From assembly GCA_017609175.1 (NCBI GenBank), contig JAFCEJ010000003.1, forward strand, positions 149,455-213,454: a DNA stretch of 64,000 nucleotides. Reading direction: 5' to 3'. The notes under the pieces are model-generated. The model saw only the letters and a list, made by a program, of their open reading frames with translations. It made no database searches and was not told the DNA's origin. Position 1 is the stretch's first letter, and every line of letters begins with the position of its first letter. Made by a program: the position numbers and the translations under genes. Source of the DNA: Candidatus Pacearchaeota archaeon. GTDB lineage: Archaea > Nanobdellota > Nanobdellia > Pacearchaeales > GW2011-AR1. Shown here one piece after another: positions 8,472-15,312 of the stretch.

Positions 8472-9264
8472 TTTCTTTTTTTATTATTTTATTTGCTCTA
8501 TCAAAAAGATCTTGATTTATTATTGCAGGATGGTTTCCTTTATATAATTGGCCACGATATTTTATTTTTCCAAGATAAACCGGATTTTTTATTATTTGGT
8601 AAAGAGTTGATGGAGGAATATTAAATTTTTTAGAAATTTCCTTATAATTAATATCTCTTGCCCACATCTCAAAAATTTCTTTCACTTTATCTGCATTTTC
8701 TTTATCTATGACAAGTTTTTTGTTTTGATAGACATATCCAAAGGGAGCTCTGGCAAGATATTCCCCAAATTTTATTTTTCTATCAAAAGATAACTCAACC
8801 CTTTCCCGAACCATTCCCCTTTCTAACTGGGCAAAAACACCAATTATTTGAAAAAAAGCCTCGCCCATTGCAGAAGTGGTATCTATTTGCTCTGTAACAG
8901 ATGTAAAATTAATATGTTTTTGTTTTAATTCATCCAAAATCATGATTAAATCTTTTAAGTTCCTAGAAAATCTATCAATTTTGTAAACAAGAATTATATC
9001 AAATTTTTGCTCGTTTGCATCTCTCATTAAAAGTTCTAACGCAGGCCGATTCAATGAGCCTGCTGAATAACCCGCATCTTTGTAAATCTTAAAAATTTTC
9101 CAATCACGAGCATTACAAAAAGATTTGCATTTATCTATCTGAGCGTCAATACTTAAACCCTCTTTTGCTTGTTCTTCTGTTGAAACCCGCGCATATATTG
9201 CAACCTTTAATTTAGAGTGATTATTTGTAGTTTTTTTTATCATTTTTATAATAAATTTGTGCAC
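8461..9264 (-). CDS. Serine recombinase (resolvase catalytic domain + recombinase domain)
   Basis: VAIYARVSTEEQ (catalytic Ser motif), YKDAGYSAGSLNRPAL, LVYKIDRFSRN, GVFAQLERGMVRERV. The likely true start is ATG at 9243 (MIKKTT...). Overlaps the downstream HNH paralog by 11 nt. Confidence 0.85.
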   Translation of the reverse strand: MHKFIIKMIKKTTNNHSKLKVAIYARVSTEEQAKEGLSIDAQIDKCKSFCNARDWKIFKIYKDAGYSAGSLNRPALELLMRDANEQKFDIILVYKIDRFSRNLKDLIMILDELKQKHINFTSVTEQIDTTSAMGEAFFQIIGVFAQLERGMVRERVELSFDRKIKFGEYLARAPFGYVYQNKKLVIDKENADKVKEIFEMWARDINYKEISKKFNIPPSTLYQIIKNPVYLGKIKYRGQLYKGNHPAIINQDLFDRANKIIKKENGK

Positions 9265-9371
9265 TAAGGTCTTTTTGTTCTAATAAGGGTTCCCTTATTA
9301 TAAGGATATTATAGCCTTATTGGAATAACTATATAAATTTTACTAAAAAATGTTCACTTAGGTTAGCTTAG

Positions 9372-9644
9372 TTAATACTTTTCTTTTAGAAAATGAGATG
9401 TTAAATAAATTAAAATTATGCTAATGATTGTTATAAAGGTTGAGGTAAGAATGCTTGAAAGCTTAGAATCCTTAATATTTGTGATAAATTGGATAAAAGA
9501 CTGGGATAAATCAAAAATCGTCTGACGCCATGTAAAGGCAATAGTAAAACCGAGAGTAAATACTATTAAAAGCCGCATTTGTTTCCTAAATTCATTATGG
9601 AATTGTCTTCCTCCAATAAAAAAATTATATAACCTCTTTTTCAT
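9372..9644 (-). CDS. Small two-TM membrane protein (hypothetical)
   Basis: Two hydrophobic helices (LLIVFTLGFTIAFTW; ILTSTFITIISIILIYL). The stop codon lies inside the repeated TTAGGTTAGCTTAGTTA motif. Confidence 0.45.
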   Translation of the reverse strand: MKKRLYNFFIGGRQFHNEFRKQMRLLIVFTLGFTIAFTWRQTIFDLSQSFIQFITNIKDSKLSSILTSTFITIISIILIYLTSHFLKEKY

Positions 9645-9682
9645 AAATAAAAATAGAAAAAATGATTTATTAAATTTTTGAA

Positions 9683-10018
9683 TTATCTTATTCTTTTTAA
9701 TTCAGGATATTTAGAACCATCAATTATAACTGTTTTGGGTTTGATAGAAGTATGTTTTGAAAACCATTGAATAGTATTATAAAGTTGTTCTTTAGCCCTT
9801 TTTATGAGTCTCGAGTCCCCATTGCTTTTATATTCTATAACATATACTTCTCCTTTTGAATCCAGAAAAATTATATCTGGTTGAGCGTCCCACTCGCCTC
9901 TCTGATTAAAAAGATTAACTTCTATAGCTGAAGCTACTATATTTTCAAATCCATATCTAGAAGGATTTGCAGCAATTTTTTCTAAAGCTTTTCTGTGATT
10001 TGACTTCTTTTTTGGCAT
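9683..10018 (-). CDS. PD-(D/E)xK nuclease-fold protein, Hjc/Hje-like Holliday-junction-resolvase candidate
   Basis: Basic N-terminus with a conserved Glu (HRKALEKIAA), then QPDIIFLDSKGEVYVIEYKS (D...ExK). This is collinear with the archaeal Hjc pattern PDIIA...IE(M/V)KS. 111 aa. Confidence 0.55.
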   Translation of the reverse strand: MPKKKSNHRKALEKIAANPSRYGFENIVASAIEVNLFNQRGEWDAQPDIIFLDSKGEVYVIEYKSNGDSRLIKRAKEQLYNTIQWFSKHTSIKPKTVIIDGSKYPELKRIR

Positions 10019-10039
10019 TGTGAATTTAGGTTAGCTTAG

Positions 10040-10255
10040 TTACTGAATTAATTTATCAGACATATGGTCCCTTACAGGAAGTTTCCTAGGTGATTGTTCA
10101 TTTTCATATAAAACCCTAATAGAAGATGTTTCAGGAAATTTTCCGCCAAAACATTGTAAAATTTTATATGTTTTATCTAATCTAGAATCTTTAAATTTTT
10201 TACCTTTAATTTTATAAATACCTTCCTGACAGATAGATTCAATCAAAGTTGCCAT
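10040..10255 (-). CDS. Hypothetical small protein
   Basis: 71-aa ORF, first gene of the minus-strand string, transcribed away from the iteron region. Its stop lies in the second copy of TTAGGTTAGCTTAGTTA. Confidence 0.35.
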   Translation of the reverse strand: MATLIESICQEGIYKIKGKKFKDSRLDKTYKILQCFGGKFPETSSIRVLYENEQSPRKLPVRDHMSDKLIQ

Positions 10256-10391
10256 GTGAAAAGAAATAATTAAAAATATTTAATTTTTATTCTTTTGAAA
10301 TATATCTTATCCAAATTTTTAAATTAATTTGATTAGGGGAGGTTGTGCACTAAGGTATGCTTAGTGAAAAAAAGATTAAAATAGGAGAAGT

Positions 10392-10471
10392 TATTTTAAG
10401 TGTTTAAAGCTGTTTAAAGGTGTTTAAAGTATTTTAAACAGGCTGTTTAAAGCATTTTTTATTGTTTAGAC
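10392..10471. repeat. Iteron-like array of TGTTTAAAG units at 10-bp phasing
   Basis: Three perfect tandem units at 10401-10430 (TGTTTAAAGC/G/T). Degenerate copy ATTTTAAG at 10393-10400, inverted-like ATTTTAAACA at 10431-10440, CTGTTTAAAGC at 10443-10453, and TTGTTTAGAC at 10462-10471. Confidence 0.8.
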
Positions 10472-10538
10472 AACCATTTTTTATAAAAATTTGATAATTT
10501 TTCAATTAGAATTTTAAGGATTTCCGACGGAAAAATAA

Positions 10539-11228
10539 GTGTTTTGTCGTCGAACACAAAAGATTTTTAAAGTATATTTGATAGAATATATTATGTTTGG
10601 GTGGTTTTTTGGAAAAAAAGAGGTAAAAAAAATTGAAGAAGAAACTAAAAAGAGTTTTGAGTCTGTAAAAAAAGATATTTCTAATATAAGTGTATGGATT
10701 AAACATCTTAATTCTGAAAAAGATTTGCAAAAAAAAGAAATTGAGGACCTAAAAGACAGTTTATCGACGATGCAAGAAGAATTTGAAGAATTGAAAAATA
10801 TTGTTTTTATTATGGGAAATTTAAAACCTGCAAAAAAGATTCGGGTGTCTAAACGGCTGTCTAATAAACAGACAGGTGTTGAAGTTGTCCAGACAGCTGT
10901 CCAGACAGCTGTCCAGACACCAAATTTAGACCAATTTTCAATAAGTGAAAAAGCAATAATATGGGTATTGTTAAATACAGACATGAAATTGAGTTATGAT
11001 GACTTAGCTGTTATGATGGGAAAAGAGAGATCAACAATTAGAACACAAATAAATGGCATAAAACAAAAAGCAGAGAATCTAATAGAAGAAGTAATTGAGA
11101 AAAATGGTAAAAAGAGAGTATTTATTCCTGAAAATATCAAAGAAATATTATTAAAAAAGCAAAAAGTGAGAGTTAAAAAAGAGAAAAATATTAAAAAAAA
11201 GCAAAAAATCAAAAAATATCAATCCTAA
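10539..11228 (+). CDS. Coiled-coil + repeat linker + C-terminal wHTH protein (paralog A)
   Basis: The likely start is MFGWFFGKKEV (ATG about 10593). Heptad-rich N-terminus (SFESVKKDI...), a VQTAVQTAVQT linker, and an HTH-like segment LSYDDLAVMMGKERSTIRTQINGIKQK. K-rich tail. Confidence 0.6.
   Translation: MFCRRTQKIFKVYLIEYIMFGWFFGKKEVKKIEEETKKSFESVKKDISNISVWIKHLNSEKDLQKKEIEDLKDSLSTMQEEFEELKNIVFIMGNLKPAKKIRVSKRLSNKQTGVEVVQTAVQTAVQTPNLDQFSISEKAIIWVLLNTDMKLSYDDLAVMMGKERSTIRTQINGIKQKAENLIEEVIEKNGKKRVFIPENIKEILLKKQKVRVKKEKNIKKKQKIKKYQS
10887..10919. repeat. 12-bp tandem repeat GTCCAGACAGCT x2.75 inside paralog A
   Basis: Read directly from the sequence: gtccagacagct gtccagacagct gtccagaca. Encodes VQTAVQTAVQT. 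Confidence 0.9.
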
Positions 11229-11404
11229 AAACAAAAAAAGAGAGAGTAAAGTATAAAAAATACATAAAAAACAATCAAAAAATGAAGAAAAATAAAAAGT
11301 GAGAAGCCAAAAAATATAGAATTAAAGCCTAAAATACCAAAAAAAGAAAGAATAGGAATATTAAAAGTTATAATTATTGTTATTCGGTTAAAAGAATAAC
11401 TGTA

Positions 11405-12061
11405 TTATAATTCTCTTAGTTGTAGAATTGTATTTAAAGAAGCTATTTTCCTAAGATTTGGAGAGATTAAAAGTTGAATATTTTTATTATTCACCTTTTT
11501 TTTATCAATTGGAATTCCTTTTTTTATTAATCTTCCCACATAATCTCGAATAGAGCTTTCAGTAAGATTAAGTCGTTGAGCAAGAGTTCTATAATCACTA
11601 AATCCATTCTCTTCTTCTAGTTGGTATATCGTCGAAAAAATAAGCCATTCTTGTTCTGTAAGCCTCTTGAATTTTAACCTTATTTCTTTTTTGATGGTAT
11701 CAAGAGATTCTAATATTTCAGAAGCATTTTCAATAGGGTTTTCTTTAAAATCGATGTGTCTGTTTGTCTGTCTGTTTGTCTGTCTGTTTGTCGAAACCCC
11801 TTCATTTCCAGTGGAAATAGGCAAATTTTGGGTATTTAAGGTTTCTAAAGATAAATTATGTGTCGAAGAATGTGTCGAATGTGCTGGAATTATGTGTCGA
11901 AGTGTCGAAGTGTCGAAATCTGTTTTTTCGCTAAGTTTTAAATTAATTTTATCTAATTGATATTTTAAATTCATTAAATCAAATTTAAAATCATGGATCT
12001 CTTGTTTTAAAAAATCAATATCATCTCTTACTTTCTGGAAAGCCTCTTTTATTTTGTCCAT
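11405..12061 (-). CDS. Coiled-coil + repeat linker + C-terminal wHTH protein (paralog B)
   Basis: N-terminus AFQKVRDDIDFLKQEI... (same F..V..DI motif as paralog A). TNRQTNRQTNR linker. HTH-like segment FSDYRTLAQRLNLTESSIRDYVGRLIKKG. Convergent with paralog A. Confidence 0.6.
   Translation of the reverse strand: MDKIKEAFQKVRDDIDFLKQEIHDFKFDLMNLKYQLDKINLKLSEKTDFDTSTLRHIIPAHSTHSSTHNLSLETLNTQNLPISTGNEGVSTNRQTNRQTNRHIDFKENPIENASEILESLDTIKKEIRLKFKRLTEQEWLIFSTIYQLEEENGFSDYRTLAQRLNLTESSIRDYVGRLIKKGIPIDKKKVNNKNIQLLISPNLRKIASLNTILQLREL
11758..11793. repeat. 12-bp tandem repeat GTCTGTTTGTCT x3 inside paralog B
   Basis: Three consecutive units at 11758-11769, 11770-11781 and 11782-11793 (the last ends in G). 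Encodes TNRQ x3 on the minus strand. Shares a CAGACA core with the paralog A repeat. Confidence 0.9.
11860..11917. repeat. Five copies of GTGTCGAA, three of them in 8-bp tandem, inside paralog B coding sequence
   Basis: Copies at 11860, 11872, 11894, 11902 and 11910. The 8-bp period is not a multiple of 3, so each copy is read in a different codon phase (FDT/STL/RH). Confidence 0.9.
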
Positions 12062-12116
12062 TTTGATTCAATGGAAAGAGGGTATAAAAATTTTAAGATA
12101 TTTTAATGATTATTTA

Positions 12117-12383
12117 TTATTGGTGTCTTTTATATGCTTTATATGCTTCATCAGAAAGTCTCCATCTTGATCTCCTAATATATTGAATTCCTTTAGGATT
12201 CTTTTTTATTTCAATAATTAATTTTTTATTTTTTAACTCTAAGAGGATCTTTTTGGTAAATTCTTCGTCTCTTGCTATTTCTTGGGCGATTTGAGAGGTA
12301 AAAAGAGCCTTAGGTGATTTAGAGTATAATAAAGCTAAAATTTGTTCAGAAATCTTTTCTCTCTTTTTTTGTGAGATTTTCAT
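12117..12383 (-). CDS. Small winged-helix transcription regulator (hypothetical)
   Basis: 88 aa. ISEQILALLYSKSPKALFTSQIAQEIARDEEFTKKILLELKNKKLI is a wHTH-like helix-turn-helix plus wing. Confidence 0.55.
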   Translation of the reverse strand: MKISQKKREKISEQILALLYSKSPKALFTSQIAQEIARDEEFTKKILLELKNKKLIIEIKKNPKGIQYIRRSRWRLSDEAYKAYKRHQ

Positions 12384-12435
12384 AGAATAAGAAATAAATG
12401 ATTTTTTTTAAAGGTTTGTAGAATAGTTTAGATAA

Positions 12436-12855
12436 TTAATTGTCTTTTTGAGTTTGTTTTGAAATTCTTGGCATTGGAATGTGAAATGGTAAATTAAGCT
12501 CGTCTTCTAATTGTAAGGCCTTTACACTTACTTTTCTAAGGATTACACTAAAAACAAAAAATTGAACATCATCTGGAATTTTCTTATCTTTCCATTTTTT
12601 TAACAAGTCCTTTTTTTGTTTTGAATCCATAGAAACAATCATATTCCCCTTAAATTCGATTTTTGCAAAATTTGGTTCATAATTAATATCATATTTAAAT
12701 TCCACAACAACAAACTCTTCTTTTGATTTTAAAAAATCTGCATTTGCAGATTCTATAGAAGATATATCAATATTTGTATTGATTTTCAAGTTTTCTATAG
12801 AACCACCTAATCTTTCAATATTTATCTTTGTAAAATTAAAACCCATTAACTTCAT
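12436..12855 (-). CDS. Hypothetical beta-rich protein (weak SecB-like pattern)
   Basis: 139-aa ORF. The pattern FNFTKINIER...FVVVEFKY...IEFKGNMIV...ELNLPFHIPMPRI loosely recalls the SecB fold. Not secure. Confidence 0.4.
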   Translation of the reverse strand: MKLMGFNFTKINIERLGGSIENLKINTNIDISSIESANADFLKSKEEFVVVEFKYDINYEPNFAKIEFKGNMIVSMDSKQKKDLLKKWKDKKIPDDVQFFVFSVILRKVSVKALQLEDELNLPFHIPMPRISKQTQKDN

Positions 12856-13123
12856 CCTGAAAAATAGAAAAAATGTTTTTTAAATATTTGTATTATTTTG
12901 AAGATAATAAAATTAAAAGATTATAAAAAATTATATTGGAGTAGGATGAATAATTATTTTAATTAGATTTGTACAAAAAAATAGATAGTTTTTTGGGTAG
13001 AAATAACTTGTTATGGAAAAGCCTTAGAAATTTTAGAAAATAAAAATTAATCTTAATACTTTGTTCATAAGAATTAATAATTTTAAATATTTAATTTAAA
13101 AAATAAAAAGTATTTGTTTTAAT

Positions 13124-13384
13124 TTAGATTAAATCTTCTTCAGAAACAATCACAAAATCGCCTATAGCAATTATAGCGCTATAAGGAATCAATAGCTCAT
13201 CAGAATGAGTTTTTTCAAGATTAAGGTTTCTTGTGTAAGGTGTAGGATCTTTAACAACAATGTTGATTAATTCGCCAGATCTTGTTTCAAAGGTAATATC
13301 TTTAACAAAACCTAGTCTTTTCCCTTCTTTTGTTACAACCATTTTACTGACAAGAGCAGTAAATGGATTTTTATCGCTTGGCAT
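13124..13384 (-). CDS. PRC-barrel domain protein
   Basis: VVTKEGKRLGFVKDITFETRSGELINIVV...LLIPYSAIIAIGDFVIV is a typical stand-alone archaeal PRC barrel. Confidence 0.7.
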   Translation of the reverse strand: MPSDKNPFTALVSKMVVTKEGKRLGFVKDITFETRSGELINIVVKDPTPYTRNLNLEKTHSDELLIPYSAIIAIGDFVIVSEEDLI

Positions 13385-13585
13385 ATTAAACTTAAATGTA
13401 AATAATTTATAAATTTATCTATAAAATTAAATAGATTTGAAAGTATATAAGAAAAGTTATTATTTAAAATAAAAATGATTCTTAGATATTAAAGAATTAT
13501 TTAGAAAACATCATGTTTTTGGTATAATATTAAGTAATAGTTAAAAAGTTAGTGCTAATATTATCCTTTTATAATAAAATATTAA

Positions 13586-13614
13586 CACCCTCACCCTTTG
13601 ATTTCGTTTGGAAA
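13586..13614 (-). repeat. ORB-like box 1 (inverted orientation)
   Basis: The reverse complement reads TTTCCAAACGAAATCAAAGGGTGAGGGTG. Confidence 0.6.
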
Positions 13615-13645
13615 CATTTATAAATAAATTTTTAATTTTTTTGTG

Positions 13646-13696
13646 TTTATTATTATATTATAAAATTTTATATTATATAATATATATAATAATATA
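13646..13696. other. 51-bp uninterrupted A/T tract (candidate DNA unwinding element)
   Basis: No G or C between 13646 and 13696 (tttattattatattataaaattttatattatataatatatataataatata). Confidence 0.5.
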
Positions 13697-13875
13697 GAAA
13701 AGTAGTACAAATGATAAAAATAATCAATTTCATATTTTTTTATAAGTTTAAAACATAATCAAATATTTTTTACAGATATGAAATTAAAATTATAATGAAT
13801 AAAATTTTAATAACAATATAATTCAAATTTTATTAGTAAAAAGTTATTTTATTAAGAAATTATTTAGATTATTAA

Positions 13876-13896
13876 TTTCCATATGAAATAAAGGCG
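13876..13896 (+). repeat. ORB-like box 2
   Basis: TTTCCATATGAAATAAAGGCG. Confidence 0.5.
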
Positions 13897-13973
13897 TTTT
13901 CTTTTATTAGTAGTCATAAGCATTTATAAAACAAATTAATTTTTTATCGTTGAATTTTTTATTTTTTTATTAT

Positions 13974-14002
13974 TTTCCATAAGAAATTGACGTGTGAGGG
14001 AC
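13974..14002 (+). repeat. ORB-like box 3
   Basis: TTTCCATAAGAAATTGACGTGTGAGGGAC. Shares TTTCCA, GAAAT and GTGAGGG with box 1. Confidence 0.6.
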
Positions 14003-14033
14003 GCATTGTTAATTAAAATCAAATCCCATTAAG

Positions 14034-15257
14034 ATGGTTAAACAAAATATTACTTCAGAATTAGATGAGATTTTTGAATCATTTGATAAGAATCAGATTT
14101 TTAGAGATAAACTTATTTTGCAAGCAAATTACAGGCCAGGAGAGATTCTTCATAGGGATGAGCAAATAAAACAAATAGCTTCGATTTTAGCTCCTGTATT
14201 GCGAGGCGATAGAACAAGTAATTTATTTCTTTATGGAAAAACAGGGACTGGGAAAACACTTTCTATACAATATGTTAGGGAAGAATTGTTAAAAAGGTCA
14301 AAGAAAAATTCTGATTTTAAATTAAGAATTGAATATTTGAATTGTAAATTGAAAAAAGTTTCTGATACAGAATATAGGATTTTAGCTGAATTAATTAAAA
14401 AATTGGGGGGGGAAGTTCCTACAACCGGCTTGCCAACAGAAGCTGTTTATAATAAATTTATTGATTTGATAGATTCAGAAAAGCAATTAGTTGTTTTGAT
14501 TTTAGATGAAATTGACCAGGCCATAAAAAAAATTTCTGATGGGTTTTTATATAATTTAACAAGAATGAATTCTGAACTTTCTAAAACTCAACTTTCTCTT
14601 GTGGGTATTAGTAATGATTTAACTTTTTTGGATAATTTAGACCCTCGTATAAGGAGTTCTCTTTCTGAAGAAGAAATTGTTTTTCCGCCGTATAATGCCT
14701 TGCAAATCCAAGATATTTTAAAACATAGGGCAGACAAGGCTTTTGCTGAAAATGTTGTTCAGGAAGGAGTTATTGCTAAATGCGCTGCGTTTGCTGCGAG
14801 AGAACATGGTGATGCAAGAAGAGCATTAGATTTATTAAGGATTGCAGGTGAATTGGCTGAAAGAGATGGTTCAAAAAAAGTTCTTTTAAAGCATATTGAT
14901 GAAGCAAATGAAAAAATTGAGAGAGATAAAATTTTAGATGTTATTAAAACAGAACCAAAACAATTTCAATTGGTTTTATTAGCTATAATTCAATTATCTG
15001 AATCTAAAAAAGAGCCTATTTTTACTGGCGATGTTTATAATTTATATCAGGATTTATGTAAACAAAATCATTCAGAAGTTTTAACACAAAGGAGAGTTAG
15101 TGATATTATCCAGGAATTTGATATGCTTGGGATAATTAATGTTAGGGTTATTTCAAAAGGGAGGGGTGGAAGAATGAGAGAGATTAAGCTTGCCATAACA
15201 GATAAAATCGTGAAACAGGCCAAAGAAATTATTATGGACTCCTTAAATTATAATTAA
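14034..15257 (+). CDS. cdc6: Orc1/Cdc6 replication initiator
   Basis: Walker A LYGKTGTGKT, Walker B VLILDEIDQ, sensor GDARRALDLLR, and a C-terminal winged helix (LTQRRVSDIIQEFDMLGII). Confidence 0.95.
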   Translation: MVKQNITSELDEIFESFDKNQIFRDKLILQANYRPGEILHRDEQIKQIASILAPVLRGDRTSNLFLYGKTGTGKTLSIQYVREELLKRSKKNSDFKLRIEYLNCKLKKVSDTEYRILAELIKKLGGEVPTTGLPTEAVYNKFIDLIDSEKQLVVLILDEIDQAIKKISDGFLYNLTRMNSELSKTQLSLVGISNDLTFLDNLDPRIRSSLSEEEIVFPPYNALQIQDILKHRADKAFAENVVQEGVIAKCAAFAAREHGDARRALDLLRIAGELAERDGSKKVLLKHIDEANEKIERDKILDVIKTEPKQFQLVLLAIIQLSESKKEPIFTGDVYNLYQDLCKQNHSEVLTQRRVSDIIQEFDMLGIINVRVISKGRGGRMREIKLAITDKIVKQAKEIIMDSLNYN

Positions 15258-15312
15258 TTTTTTATTAAAATGGAAAATATAGAAAATATAATGAGAATGG
15301 ATTCTTTATTGA

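Larger units (their letters stand above)
7839..12383. mobile_element. Core of a candidate integrated element (plasmid/provirus-like); boundaries not defined
   Basis: Clustered serine recombinase, HNH-recombinase-domain paralog, Hjc-like nuclease, three wHTH genes, an iteron array and shared 14-17-nt motifs. Interrupts the usual continuation of the S9 operon. Confidence 0.4.
13586..14002. other. Candidate chromosomal replication origin (oriC) with three ORB-like boxes and an A/T-only unwinding stretch
   Basis: 650-bp non-coding, extremely AT-rich region directly upstream of orc1/cdc6. The boxes share TTTCCA-NNN-GAAAT with a downstream G-rich tract. The outer boxes are inverted. Confidence 0.6.

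Noticed and set aside
10514-10984. 156-aa minus-strand ORF containing VWTAVWTAVWT
   Set aside because: It is antisense to the coiled-coil/wHTH gene. The + strand product has a paralog (11405-12061) with the same architecture. The minus ORF merely mirrors the 12-bp repeat.
10392-11917. Short tandem repeats considered as a possible CRISPR array
   Set aside because: The units are only 8-12 bp and directly abut each other without spacers. Most lie inside coding sequence. No cas genes are present in the window.
7839-13123. Calling the island a provirus
   Set aside because: No capsid, portal, terminase or packaging ATPase-like gene is recognisable by eye. I can only support 'integrated mobile-element-like'.
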